IMG/VR virus record: IMGVR_UViG_3300020042_004571
Location: 1 to 31,496 of that record
DNA length: 31,496 nucleotides
Reading direction: 5' to 3' (one strand)
Origin: a virus
Lineage: Duplodnaviria; Caudoviricetes
Part shown: positions 1 to 9,258 of the stretch, piece by piece
Numbering within the stretch: the first letter of the stretch is position 1
Layout: every line of letters starts with the position of its first letter
Position numbers and translations under genes: made by a program
Notes under the pieces: generated by a model
Databases searched by the model: none
Told to the model about the DNA's origin: nothing
Seen by the model: the letters and a program-made list of their open reading frames with translations, nothing else

Positions 1-2005
1 CGGCGGTGATGGTTTGGGTTGCTGCATCGGCTGATAGTACGGCAGGGACGTTTGTAAGTCCAGTGGCTGGGGTAGTACCAGCCGCTTCCGCTTGACGCGC
101 TGTGAGCTCAACTGACGCGCCTCTGCGGGTAATTGCAGGGACGGTCTCGTCAGTAGTGATGGCCTGAAGCTGGTCATTGGACAGTTGCGAAACCGCAACA
201 CCTTGAATCTTTTGTGGGCGGGGCGCAGTCAAACGCAACTTGTCCAAACCAAACTGTTGTTCTGTAGCAACGCTTGGTTCGGGCAACGTTAGGGCCTGCA
301 TTGTGTCAAGGGCAGGCAACGGCTCGTTGGGATCAAACGTTGGCTCGATCCGGCCAAGGGTATCTACGGCCGGCAACGGCGGGGGTTCAATTGCAACAGG
401 CGCAAGCGGCTTGGGCGTAATCTCCAGCGATCCGGCTAATTCATTTGCCGATGCAACCGCGTCGTCGACCGAAGTCGATTGCAAAACGCGTGATGGGTCC
501 GACGTTTGCAGCGGGCTGATCAGCCGGGCGTCGTAGGTCTGGGGGCTTAATAGATCGCGGGCAGTTTGGTCAATGCCTGTGAACTGTGTGCCGGCAATGT
601 TCTGGTTAATGGCCCGGGCAATTTGCGCGTTGGGGTCGTACGCGCCCGTAGCAATGCCGGCAACTTGCGGCGCCGACATAGCTGTGCCAGTGGCTGCGCC
701 AATCACAGCGGCCTCGCCAAGGCCTTTGCTTAGCTCAATGTCTTTGCCTTGGAAGAACTTGTCAAGCACGTTGCCGCCAAACTGAGCGGCGGTTTCTTCG
801 ATGGCGTTGGTAATACCGTTGGCCGTGATGGCTGCACCTGACTGTGCCAGTCTCTGTCCAGCAATTGCCATGACGGCGTTTTGCTTTGCAACCGACATGC
901 CTTTAAACGTGTCGCCCAATTTGTCAAAGACTTTTAACGGCAACATTTCTGTGCCGATTTCAATTGCGCCTTTGGCTATGGCCACCCGAGAGTCATCGCC
1001 CTGCGCGTAGCTTTGGCCAGCCGCTGTGCCTCCCATGCCGCCCAGCAAAACTGCGCGAAGCGGGGGCACAAAAGCTGCGGCAAGTTGCGTAGCCATTTGA
1101 GGGGAGTTGGCCGCCAGCTTGGACATAAGCCACGGGCCAAACTCTTCGTTTTTCCACGCGCCTTCCATGCTGCGCGTGCCAATCTTAGGCATGTAATCTT
1201 GAGCGGTCTTTGCTAAATACTCAGTACCAAACGCGGTTGGCACTTTGGCCAAAGGTTTTAAACCAGCAAGTTGCAAAGCCGGATTGACAAAAGATTGGTT
1301 AATAAAATCAGCCGCTACGCTTGGAATGTTTAAGGTGCCGCTGATCAAACCTGCTGAACCGGCAGCAGCGCTGGCAAACAAGGGGTTGTCTTCGGCAAAG
1401 CGTTGACGGCGGAAGGTATCAAGTTCTTGCTCTGACACTTGGTCGCGCTTAGTGCGTTGAACCAATTGGTCAAAAGTTTCGGCGCCTTCGGCTTCGCGAG
1501 CTTTGGCAACAGTAAGCGCTGGACCTTGCTCAACCGGTGCGCGCCCTGTGCGCATCTCGTCGGCTTTGGCCACGGTTGCTTTGCTGATAGGTCCGGCGCC
1601 GTAGCTCAGGCGCTTGTCGATTTCGGCTTGTTGTTCTTGTGCCGTTAACGCGGGGGCTGTCTCCAACACGCTTTTGTAGGGCGTGACTTTTTCAACTAAG
1701 GCGGGAACGATCGAATTGACTGTACCCTTGATGGCGTCTGCCGCGCGCGACAGCATGCCCGGCGGCTCTTTTGGTTTAACAGGCGCGGGCGCAGGTGTCG
1801 GGGCCGCCGCAGGCGTAGGGGCCGCCTCTACTGGCGCAGCTTTGGGGGCATCAACCCGGCTCGACAGATGGTCCAGAATTTCGGCGTCGGTATAGCCGTC
1901 CTTGCGGGCAGCAGCAACGTCGAAGTTGGATTTGCTGGCAAGGTGGTCAGCTATCTCGGCCGGGCTATATCCGTCCTTTAAAGCACCTTTAACATCAAAT
2001 GCCAT
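1..2005 (-). CDS. Large internal virion/ejection protein, truncated at the window edge
   Basis: Not in the ORF track; translated by hand from ATG 2005 (AAGGA upstream): MAFDVKGAFKDGYSPAEIADHL...GYTDAEILDHL..., open to the window start. The duplicated GY[ST]xAEIxDHL N-terminus, Ala/Pro-rich linker and position after other ejection-like genes support the call. Confidence 0.75.
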   Translation of the reverse strand, partial: MAFDVKGALKDGYSPAEIADHLASKSNFDVAAARKDGYTDAEILDHLSSRVDAPKAAPVEAAPTPAAAPTPAPAPVKPKEPPGMLSRAADAIKGTVNSIVPALVEKVTPYKSVLETAPALTAQEQQAEIDKRLSYGAGPISKATVAKADEMRTGRAPVEQGPALTVAKAREAEGAETFDQLVQRTKRDQVSEQELDTFRRQRFAEDNPLFASAAAGSAGLISGTLNIPSVAADFINQSFVNPALQLAGLKPLAKVPTAFGTEYLAKTAQDYMPKIGTRSMEGAWKNEEFGPWLMSKLAANSPQMATQLAAAFVPPLRAVLLGGMGGTAAGQSYAQGDDSRVAIAKGAIEIGTEMLPLKVFDKLGDTFKGMSVAKQNAVMAIAGQRLAQSGAAITANGITNAIEETAAQFGGNVLDKFFQGKDIELSKGLGEAAVIGAATGTAMSAPQVAGIATGAYDPNAQIARAINQNIAGTQFTGIDQTARDLLSPQTYDARLISPLQTSDPSRVLQSTSVDDAVASANELAGSLEITPKPLAPVAIEPPPLPAVDTLGRIEPTFDPNEPLPALDTMQALTLPEPSVATEQQFGLDKLRLTAPRPQKIQGVAVSQLSNDQLQAITTDETVPAITRRGASVELTARQAEAAGTTPATGLTNVPAVLSADAATQTITA

Positions 2006-2013
2006 GAGGGTCC

Positions 2014-2895
2014 TTAGTCTGCGGTTGCGTCGCGCTGCTGGCGGAGATATTTAGGATCGTTAAGACCAGTTAGATCTTTGCCGCTGCTAGGCGGAACAAG
2101 CTGACCGCGCAAGCGCTCTTCAGCTTGCTTGCGTTTTTCAGCTTCCGGCAGCTTGGCAAACTTGTAATCATCCTTGGCCATCTTGGTAACTAAGTTTGAC
2201 AAGGTCTTGTCGTAGTCTGCTGCCTTGCCAAGAACCTTGGTGCTGCCGTCAGACAACACCGCAACTTTTTCACCTTGATCGTTGGTGTAGGTGCTGCGCA
2301 CTTTGACCGCGCTGCTGCCGCCACCGGATGGCCGGTCTTTGATTGAGTCTGCGCGGATCTCGGCGGCCTTGATACCAGCGGCGCCTTTGGCTAGGTTTAT
2401 TTTGGTTTCGCCTTTGATAAAGTCATCGCTCTCTGAAAGAGATTTTGTTTCTGCAATTTTGGCGATAACGGCATCCGCTGCTTTGGTTATATCCAAAGGT
2501 TTCTTGGCGGTGTACTCGGTTGTATCGGCTTTGGCGTTAATAGGAGCCAGAGTTTCTCTAGCTTTAGCTGCGGCTGTGCCTTTTGCAACCGTTGCCTGAG
2601 CTTCGGCTTCTGGCACACCCGCCGCTACCAACGCCTTAAATTTATCGGCATCTGCCTTAGCTTGCGCGGCTAAATACGTGGGGCTTTGGACGCGGGTTTC
2701 CTCAGTAAGGCGACCCGTGACATCGCGCTCGCGCTTGATCTCATCTTCACGCAAACGCTTTTCCGACTCCACTTCTAAAAGCTGTTTCTTTAAATCCAGC
2801 TCGCCTTGCTTTCGCATTTCCATGTCGGCTACCTTGCCGAAGCCCTCAGCTGAGCGGCCTAAGACGCCACTAATTAGTCCACCAAAACTAGCCAT
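2014..2895 (-). CDS. Putative ejection/internal virion protein (helical, Ala/Lys-rich)
   Basis: 293-aa ORF with a Gly-rich amphipathic N-terminus followed by coiled coil; synteny with podoviral DNA-transfer genes. Confidence 0.6.
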   Translation of the reverse strand: MASFGGLISGVLGRSAEGFGKVADMEMRKQGELDLKKQLLEVESEKRLREDEIKRERDVTGRLTEETRVQSPTYLAAQAKADADKFKALVAAGVPEAEAQATVAKGTAAAKARETLAPINAKADTTEYTAKKPLDITKAADAVIAKIAETKSLSESDDFIKGETKINLAKGAAGIKAAEIRADSIKDRPSGGGSSAVKVRSTYTNDQGEKVAVLSDGSTKVLGKAADYDKTLSNLVTKMAKDDYKFAKLPEAEKRKQAEERLRGQLVPPSSGKDLTGLNDPKYLRQQRDATAD

Positions 2896-2896
2896 A

Positions 2897-3397
2897 TCAA
2901 GCCCCCATCTGCTGCGGTGCAGCCGGAATGTTCTCGTCGCTGTACTGGTTCAACATCTGTTCCATCTTGTCCGGCGCAACGCCAAACTTTTCTAAGATGA
3001 TGGCCATCATGATTTGTATAGCGTTTCCAATATCACCGTTGGTTGGATTGGCCAGTTTAGTATTTCGCATGAAGTCAACGGCTTCCGTGATCAACTTAAC
3101 ACCGGCCGGAATAATCACCTCTGGCGGCATTGTGTTGTTTGATTCTTTGACAAGCAGCAACACTAAACCAGCGACGCCTTGGCCAAGACGTTGGTCTATA
3201 GGGCCTTCTTTTTGCAATTCTTTTAACATCATGCGATGACTCTCTTTGGAGTACATCACCTTCATACCGGCAATGACCACGCGGTCGTAGGCCTCCTGTA
3301 ATTCAGGTGGCATGTTGATGTTGTCGGATACGTCTTTTGTTGAAAGATCCGTGCCATCGGGTCGGCCCATGCCGTCTTGAATCATTCCTGTTGCCAT
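2897..3397 (-). CDS. Hypothetical virion-associated protein
   Basis: 166-aa ORF with a strong AGGAG RBS, tightly packed in the ejection module. Confidence 0.6.
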   Translation of the reverse strand: MATGMIQDGMGRPDGTDLSTKDVSDNINMPPELQEAYDRVVIAGMKVMYSKESHRMMLKELQKEGPIDQRLGQGVAGLVLLLVKESNNTMPPEVIIPAGVKLITEAVDFMRNTKLANPTNGDIGNAIQIMMAIILEKFGVAPDKMEQMLNQYSDENIPAAPQQMGA

Positions 3398-3407
3398 GGT
3401 GTTCTCC

Positions 3408-4472
3408 TTATGCTGTACGGGTTTGCATGTTGCTGGCGACTAGGCCGGGTGTCCGTGCGTCGACGTTAGGGTTAACTGCTATGTTAGATTGAGGGCTTGT
3501 TGACGCATAGCGATTAGCCATGTTAAGGCGGCGCCGCTCTTCTTTTGCAATAGCCAATTGAATCTCTTGAGCTTTTGCGTCAGCAAAACCAGTGTTGGCT
3601 TTAAGCCCTGCAATCTCGGCGTCGGTCTTGCCGCTTAGCCAATCAGCTACACCGCCGACTGCTTGAGCTGCAACGTAAGCGCCGTATGGATTGCCCTTCA
3701 CCATGTCCATGGCGCCTGAGCCTACAGCGCTAACAGCGTCCAAGTAGTTGCCGGCTTTCATAGATTCCGCAAACCCGGGGGCTGGCGTTTTAAGGCTGAG
3801 AGGTCCACCCGGGCCGGATCCAGCGCCAAAGGTATTGGTTGAAACGGCCTTGGGGTCGAAAGGAGGCGGGGTTATTCCGCTTTCAAGATTTAAATAAGCA
3901 GCCGAGCCGGGAGCAGGGCCCGCATTTATAGGCGTTAAGTTGCCGGGGGCGTTAACGCTAGGTGCCTGCACAGCATTGGGTTGGGCCGCAGTAACGTCCG
4001 CGACAGCGTTCCCGCTTTCAAGATTCAGGTATTCAGCCGAGCCGGGGGCGGCAGGACCGCCGGCGGTCGGAGTCTGAACTAAATTACCAGTATTAGTCTC
4101 AGCGCCTATGCCAAAGGTCTCGCCAAGGGTGCCAGACCCTTCAGGCCCAAACAAGCCCGCACTTTCAGCCAAAGAACCAATACCGCCGGCAATACCGGCG
4201 ACCATGCCGATCTTCATTAGCGTTTTGTTGCCGGTTATGTTGCCTACCAAACTCAAAGCAGCGCCAGCAAAGGTGATACCTTGCAACACCGTCATTGCGG
4301 CAAAGGTGTAGCCGGCAGCCGCGTAAGTGGCTCCCATTGACCCGATTGCAATAATCGCGCTAACCGGATCGTTCTTCTCGCCGTAAGCTGCGCCGCCGGT
4401 GGGGTCACCAATAGGATGGTCAGCCGCCATTGCCCGGGTTTGCGTCCGGGTCAGATAAAATTTCTTAATCAT
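3408..4472 (-). CDS. Ejection (DNA transfer) protein, P22 gp7-like position
   Basis: 354 aa, Gly/Ala-rich hydrophobic segments after a short leader, directly downstream of the GNAT-like gene; internal duplication PAAPGSAEYLNLESG / PAPGSAAYLNLESG. Confidence 0.6.
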   Translation of the reverse strand: MIKKFYLTRTQTRAMAADHPIGDPTGGAAYGEKNDPVSAIIAIGSMGATYAAAGYTFAAMTVLQGITFAGAALSLVGNITGNKTLMKIGMVAGIAGGIGSLAESAGLFGPEGSGTLGETFGIGAETNTGNLVQTPTAGGPAAPGSAEYLNLESGNAVADVTAAQPNAVQAPSVNAPGNLTPINAGPAPGSAAYLNLESGITPPPFDPKAVSTNTFGAGSGPGGPLSLKTPAPGFAESMKAGNYLDAVSAVGSGAMDMVKGNPYGAYVAAQAVGGVADWLSGKTDAEIAGLKANTGFADAKAQEIQLAIAKEERRRLNMANRYASTSPQSNIAVNPNVDARTPGLVASNMQTRTA

Positions 4473-4858
4473 AATGTCCTCTCAAATGGTAGGCTGCCAA
4501 GCAGGTAGTACTCAACGTTCCCGTCTTTCCAAGTGGGTTTAAACCCAAGTCGTGTTACAAACATTTTTTGATCCGCGTGCCCGTGCGCTACGCGCGTAGT
4601 TAAAAAGCCATGTCTTTCAAACACTGGTTTGAGGAAAGACCTAATTGACCCACGCATGCTGCCCTTGGGCCGCCACTCAGGAACAAGCGCAAAGTGCACC
4701 TCGGTTCCCTTAGCCACCATTGTGCAAACATGGCGTCCTTCAAAATCAAACGGGATGATTTCCCAGTCAGCAAAGTACTCAAGGATCTGATAACGCGACA
4801 GCGCAGTGCCCTTACGAATCGAAGAGATGATCGGTTCGAGAAGAGCTTCGCGTGTCAT
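4469..4858 (-). CDS. GNAT-fold virion assembly protein (P22 gp14 / T7 gp13-like)
   Basis: 129 aa with an EVHFAL strand and C-terminal FVTRLGFK, resembling the GNAT 'xxLGF' motif; ATGA overlaps on both sides; sits among ejection genes. Confidence 0.6.
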   Translation of the reverse strand: MTREALLEPIISSIRKGTALSRYQILEYFADWEIIPFDFEGRHVCTMVAKGTEVHFALVPEWRPKGSMRGSIRSFLKPVFERHGFLTTRVAHGHADQKMFVTRLGFKPTWKDGNVEYYLLGSLPFERTL

Positions 4859-5859
4859 GCAAAGGTCACTAGATCTTTAAGACCCGGGATGCCGGAAGTT
4901 GCACTAAGAATTGATAACGCGTTCGTCAAATATTTTTTCTGATCGTTGACCGCCGCAGTTACGTTGGCAGTATCCAAGTCAGGGTTGGCCATAAGATCCG
5001 CAATGTTTTTAGACACTTGCTGGAAAATATCGTTTGCGCTTTGTGACGCTTGCATTTGGTTCTTGTACCTAGCCTCAGTTGCAGCCAAGTCTTTACGGGT
5101 CGTAGCGTCAATGTTTTGCAACTCAATCTTGGTCTGCGAGTCTGCATTAGTCAAAGCAATTTTCATCGACTGATCCATCATGTTTTGAACAGTGCTGTTC
5201 AAAGCTGTGGAGTATTGCTTAGACACATCGGTCTGCAAGCCGGCAGTAAACTGAGCGGCCTGATTTTGATTGGCCGCGTTGGTCAAGGCCGCTTGATTCT
5301 GGGCACCAGCAGTAAATTGAGACGCTTGGTTCTGCGCGCCTGCATTGGCCAAAGCTGCTTGATTCTTAGCGGCTTCAGTAAATTGATAACCGGTGTTTGT
5401 TTGGCCAGTGTTAAATTGCGCGTTCTGGTTGGCCAAGTTAGTGTTGAGCTGGCCAGCGTTGGCAAAAGTCGTAGCGTCCTGCGATGCGATTGGCAACGCT
5501 GCTTTAATCACGGCGTCTTGGCCGGCGCCTATGGCCATGCTTGAATTGGTCAAACCGCGTTGGTTCATCTGGGCCAGAGAAGCTGCGCGGGCTTGCTGAA
5601 GCAGGGGTGAGTTGGCTGCAAGAATTCCAGTTAACTGACCCTGAACGGTTTGATTGGTTTCAGGATTCAATTTAGTTAGGGCCGCCTTGTCTGCGGTGTA
5701 GCCCCCACCCACCGCATTCGAGGCGTCGTAACCCGAAGCGCCAGCCGTTGCTGCGTTATACCCGGTCGCCTGCGGCGCCGACATAGCCTTGGTGGCTGCG
5801 GTAAGCAGGCCAGACCCCGTGTTGGTGTTTAGATCGAATGGATTGTTTGCTATAGCCAT
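4855..5859 (-). CDS. Putative ejection/internal virion protein
   Basis: 334 aa, Ala/Gln/Asn-rich with repeated NQAxQF/NQAAL units and an RGLxNSSMA motif typical of podoviral internal proteins. Confidence 0.6.
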   Translation of the reverse strand: MAIANNPFDLNTNTGSGLLTAATKAMSAPQATGYNAATAGASGYDASNAVGGGYTADKAALTKLNPETNQTVQGQLTGILAANSPLLQQARAASLAQMNQRGLTNSSMAIGAGQDAVIKAALPIASQDATTFANAGQLNTNLANQNAQFNTGQTNTGYQFTEAAKNQAALANAGAQNQASQFTAGAQNQAALTNAANQNQAAQFTAGLQTDVSKQYSTALNSTVQNMMDQSMKIALTNADSQTKIELQNIDATTRKDLAATEARYKNQMQASQSANDIFQQVSKNIADLMANPDLDTANVTAAVNDQKKYLTNALSILSATSGIPGLKDLVTFA

Positions 5860-5877
5860 ATTTGCTCCACAAATGAG

Positions 5878-5896
5878 AAAGCCGCATTACGCGGCC
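5878..5896 (-). terminator. Intrinsic terminator-like hairpin in the leader of the ejection operon
   Basis: Minus strand GCCGC-GTAAT-GCGGC followed by TTTCTC (short U-tract). Confidence 0.5.
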
Positions 5897-5902
5897 TCTT
5901 GC

Positions 5903-5951
5903 GGGCGCACGAGCCCCGCATAGATTTTACTTTAATAACCCGAGCGGTCAA
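5903..5951 (-). promoter_or_regulatory. Late promoter with downstream GTGCGCCC element (copy 3)
   Basis: Minus strand TTGACC (5951-5946), 16 nt, TAAAAT (5929-5924), 13 nt, GTGCGCCC (5910-5903). Confidence 0.65.
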
Positions 5952-6451
5952 GATAAAAATAACTCCCTTTCGGCCACACGGCGCTTGACAAGCCCGGGCA
6001 GTACTTTGCCACCGCCCTTGGTCCAAACCATAAAAGACTCTGCCGCGCCTTCCCAGTCGCCCCGGTTGGCCTTCATTCGGATCGTGCTGCGCTGGAGATT
6101 ACCTAACCCAAAATTGAAGGATATAGAGACCAAAGCGTCAAAGCGACCTTGATGCCCAGCACAGCCGGGAACAAGTCGTAAAACACCACGTTCAAAAGAC
6201 GCAACGTCATCAGCGAATAGTTTGTTGATTTCTTCTTTTGTCCAAACACGGTTGTCCTCCAATTGCAAAGGGTGCTCACTGCGGATCACCCCGGTGTAAC
6301 CTTCTTTGCGCACCATGGGCAGATTGATCTGGCCTTGATACAACACATGCCCAAAACCAATCGTCCAAATGTTGGCCGGGCATAGGTAGGGTTTACTCCT
6401 ACATCCTTCAAAGCGGTGCATCAAATCGGCACCGGCTTTGCTCAATTTCAT
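5948..6451 (-). CDS. Endolysin, GH24 phage lysozyme
   Basis: Catalytic E-x8-C-x5-T (FEGCRSKPYLCPANIWTIGFGH), FDALVSxxFNxG and GKVLPGLVKRR motifs; no N-terminal SAR helix. Confidence 0.93.
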   Translation of the reverse strand: MKLSKAGADLMHRFEGCRSKPYLCPANIWTIGFGHVLYQGQINLPMVRKEGYTGVIRSEHPLQLEDNRVWTKEEINKLFADDVASFERGVLRLVPGCAGHQGRFDALVSISFNFGLGNLQRSTIRMKANRGDWEGAAESFMVWTKGGGKVLPGLVKRRVAERELFLS

Positions 6452-6972
6452 TTCTTGCTCCAGCCGCGTGAGCCGAACCAGAATCCAATGATGCCGCCAA
6501 GCATGGCCATCTCATCAGGACTGAAGATGATGTCGGTGTAGCGCAGAACGTCGTCCATGTTCTGGATAAGGTTTGGGTTTGAGTACAGGTAGTAGCACAA
6601 GAATGTGTTGATGGCCACCAGCTCAAGCACAAAGATGTAGGTTATCGTGGGTCGAACGGTGCCCACATAGTTAGATACCCATGTTGACGCTTTTGCCAAC
6701 ACTGCCTTGTCGTGCTCTTGGGCGCCTTGCACCATCTCGGCCTCAGCCTCGGCCATCTGTGCTTGGGTCTGCAAAGCTACCTGCTCGGTGCGGATCTCTT
6801 CCACCCGGGCTTGAGCAGCAAACCCCGCAGCGGCCAGCTGAAGCTCGCGCTCAGTCTGGACAGCAGCCAATGCCAATTCGTGCTTTTGGTCAGCCTTGTT
6901 TTGGAAGTACTCCAGCAGTTTGGGCAAGCCTGAGATCAACAGACCGCCAAGAGTTGAGAATAGTGAAAGCAT
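6448..6972 (-). CDS. Holin-like membrane protein
   Basis: N-terminal amphipathic helix, coiled coil, VRP motif, transmembrane segments and a C-terminal GFWFGSR; adjacent to the endolysin. Confidence 0.65.
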   Translation of the reverse strand: MLSLFSTLGGLLISGLPKLLEYFQNKADQKHELALAAVQTERELQLAAAGFAAQARVEEIRTEQVALQTQAQMAEAEAEMVQGAQEHDKAVLAKASTWVSNYVGTVRPTITYIFVLELVAINTFLCYYLYSNPNLIQNMDDVLRYTDIIFSPDEMAMLGGIIGFWFGSRGWSKK

Positions 6973-7280
6973 TATTTTTTCTCCATTTTGGTTTCAATGA
7001 CTGCAATACTTTGGCGGTTGTGCATGATGTCGTCGCGGTTCTTTTGAATTTCTTTTTCCAAGTCTTGGCGCAACTTTTCTCTAGCTAACTCGGCGCCTGT
7101 GTTTGATGCTTGCTTATTGTCGCTGGTCACAACAAGACTGATTTTGCTGTTAAGGATGGTGACCTCGTGCGACAAATTGGACAGCGCTGACATGAGGTAC
7201 ACCACGCAGGTAAACAACAACGGCAGCACAGCAAAGGTCAGCTTTTCAACCAATGCGCCTTTTGCAGATTCTTCAGCCAT
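6972..7280 (-). CDS. Membrane-anchored coiled-coil protein (lysis block)
   Basis: N-terminal TM segment (FAVLPLLFTCVVYLM) followed by coiled coil. Confidence 0.6.
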   Translation of the reverse strand: MAEESAKGALVEKLTFAVLPLLFTCVVYLMSALSNLSHEVTILNSKISLVVTSDNKQASNTGAELAREKLRQDLEKEIQKNRDDIMHNRQSIAVIETKMEKK

Positions 7281-7291
7281 ATTTAACTTTC

Positions 7292-7480
7292 CTACAACGG
7301 GTTTTTAGAAACTATAAAATCGATGATTCGTTTGGAATCATTGACGGGCAAAATGTAAAGCAGGTCTAGCAGCCAATTGATTGCAATAGCAGCAGCGCAG
7401 CACTTTATAAATTTATCAATTCCAAGTCGCCAGTCAGCGCCAACATCAAACCATTTAAATATTTCAAACACATTAGCCAC
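7292..7480 (-). CDS. Small hypothetical protein
   Basis: 62-aa AT-rich ORF filling the gap between two lysis-block genes; no recognised motif. Confidence 0.4.
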   Translation of the reverse strand: MANVFEIFKWFDVGADWRLGIDKFIKCCAAAIAINWLLDLLYILPVNDSKRIIDFIVSKNPL

Positions 7481-7967
7481 ACCTTCTTGTTTTTTGACAG
7501 AAGTCTATGAGCTCGTTTACGCCGACAAAGGCAAAGAACGCCACAAAGAAAAGAACGCCTATTGCTAAAACAATTTCGGTCATCTCTTCCTCCTTTTCTT
7601 TGGCTTTCTTTTCTTCGGCTTTCAGCGCGCTAATTTCTTTGGCATCGGCTAAGTTCATTTCAGCTTCACGCGCTTTGATCTTGTTCCACACGTCTATCTT
7701 GCCCGTCTGCATGAAGAGCATTTTTAGCTCCTCCTCAAAAGCACGGGCTTGCTCCAAAGCCATCTCGATCTGGAGAGCCGTCCCCATGTTAGATTTATTT
7801 TTAGAACGCTTGGCCTCAAGCATGGATTTTGTGGCCACGCTTTTTGCATCAAATAACTTTCCGATCATTGGCGCCAAAGAGCCTAAATCGTTGGCGACCT
7901 TAGCCGCCTTCTTCACCAACGAGATAGCCGACTGTATGCCCGCCAGCGCGGTGATTGGATCAATCAT
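7473..7967 (-). CDS. Hypothetical membrane protein (MIDP-start type)
   Basis: 164 aa, coiled coil and C-terminal TM segment; a type I recognise from lysis regions of aquatic phages. Confidence 0.65.
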   Translation of the reverse strand: MIDPITALAGIQSAISLVKKAAKVANDLGSLAPMIGKLFDAKSVATKSMLEAKRSKNKSNMGTALQIEMALEQARAFEEELKMLFMQTGKIDVWNKIKAREAEMNLADAKEISALKAEEKKAKEKEEEMTEIVLAIGVLFFVAFFAFVGVNELIDFCQKTRRCG

Positions 7968-8116
7968 TTTCTTTCAACCTTTTTCCATTCAAGGCAAACT
8001 ACCTTGCGGTTATAAACATCACCGGTCCATGTCCATCGGACGCAGCGGTATTCAGTCTTGTCTTTACTAACGGCTATTGGCAGAAAAAGAAAAGCCGTGA
8101 GAATTAAACATCTCAC
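7964..8116 (-). CDS. Small protein with hydrophobic N-terminus and a Cys pair
   Basis: Below the ORF-track cutoff; GTG start, MRCLILTAFLFLPIAVSKDKTEYRCVRWTWTGDVYNRKVVCLEWKKVERK, with ATGA overlap into the next gene. Confidence 0.65.
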   Translation of the reverse strand: MRCLILTAFLFLPIAVSKDKTEYRCVRWTWTGDVYNRKVVCLEWKKVERK

Positions 8117-8129
8117 GGCCGGCAGTCAA

Positions 8130-8345
8130 TTACAGTCCAAAGAATTTCTTGGCAAATTCAGCGGCAACACCGGGACCAAGCAAGACGGCCAAGATGACTA
8201 CATACAGAAGGTACTCAATCCTGTTCATGCGCTTTGATCCCTCGTCAAAGCGGGTCTGGATAACTTCGTAACGTTGGGCACAGATTGCTTCGTGGACGCT
8301 TAACCGCTTGTCGGTCTCTGAGGCAAGTTCAAGAACATCGGCCAT
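8130..8345 (-). CDS. Small membrane protein (holin/XhlA-like)
   Basis: RLSVHEAICAQRY coiled coil plus C-terminal TM segment. Confidence 0.6.
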   Translation of the reverse strand: MADVLELASETDKRLSVHEAICAQRYEVIQTRFDEGSKRMNRIEYLLYVVILAVLLGPGVAAEFAKKFFGL

Positions 8346-8347
8346 CT

Positions 8348-8902
8348 CTATCCTTTAATTTTTAAAAAGTCTTCTTTTGATATTTGATACCCAAACATCC
8401 ACATGATTCGCGATGTATTGCCTTCTGCTGTGGTGACGTAATGCTCAACGTCAGAAGGCAGATAACAATGCAGGTCGCCAACGCCAATGTCAATTTTCTT
8501 GCCGCCAATGAACAACTCAGCACCAGCATCTGCGGCTCTTGTCATTACGTTACACCGTAAGACATGAAGGGCTTCTTCCATTGGGTCTCTGTGTTTGTAC
8601 ACATCACCACCCGGCATTGTGCAACTTACAACAACGCCGTCCTTTCCACCCCCAGCCACGCTCTTGGGAACGTCATGCAACCCAAGCAAGTGCGTTATCG
8701 AGTCAAACACTTGGTACACCGCAGAAGGGTGCTCAAATCGGTCGCCGTAGTTTCTTGTTGTCAGTCGGTCTTTGTAAGACCATCCTGAGCCTCGGCTAAT
8801 GCCAACATCAAGCCACTTGCTTTCCACGCCCAAATCTACCCAGTCATTTAATTGACCGCACGTTTCTTTATCTAAAAAATCTTTAAATATTAAAACTGTC
8901 AT
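8348..8902 (-). CDS. 2OG-Fe(II) oxygenase superfamily protein
   Basis: HxD (YKHRD), distal H (VEHYVT) and R (SRIMW) with beta-strand pattern; N-terminal 'KDFLDKETC' typical of the fold. Confidence 0.75.
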   Translation of the reverse strand: MTVLIFKDFLDKETCGQLNDWVDLGVESKWLDVGISRGSGWSYKDRLTTRNYGDRFEHPSAVYQVFDSITHLLGLHDVPKSVAGGGKDGVVVSCTMPGGDVYKHRDPMEEALHVLRCNVMTRAADAGAELFIGGKKIDIGVGDLHCYLPSDVEHYVTTAEGNTSRIMWMFGYQISKEDFLKIKG

Positions 8903-9258
8903 TCTTTAACAAGCGGCACGGTTCCCATCAATTTCCACGCTTCGTCAATGCTAATGTCCGGGCTTGCAACGCCATCCAATTCATCCTTGTCGCGGATAGC
9001 GTGGATGCAACAAAATACAGTGTTGGCCTCCAATGCCGTGAACTGGTGCTTGATGCCTTTGGGCGTAACAATCAAGTGAGGCGCTTTGTACTCGGCCTCG
9101 CCCTTGTCATGCACCATTTTCACTGACCCACTAGACAGCAATGTGATGTGATCAAAAGCATGGGTATGACCCTCATGCGTGTCACCAACATTGGTAAAGT
9201 GGTGGAGTTTGACAAACACGTTGTCAACCACTTTTAGGTCGGTCAACGGTTTAGACAC
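8899..9258 (-). CDS. Cupin-domain protein
   Basis: GHxHxFDH metal motif, LSSGSV strand and KHQFTAL second motif. Confidence 0.8.
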   Translation of the reverse strand: MSKPLTDLKVVDNVFVKLHHFTNVGDTHEGHTHAFDHITLLSSGSVKMVHDKGEAEYKAPHLIVTPKGIKHQFTALEANTVFCCIHAIRDKDELDGVASPDISIDEAWKLMGTVPLVKE

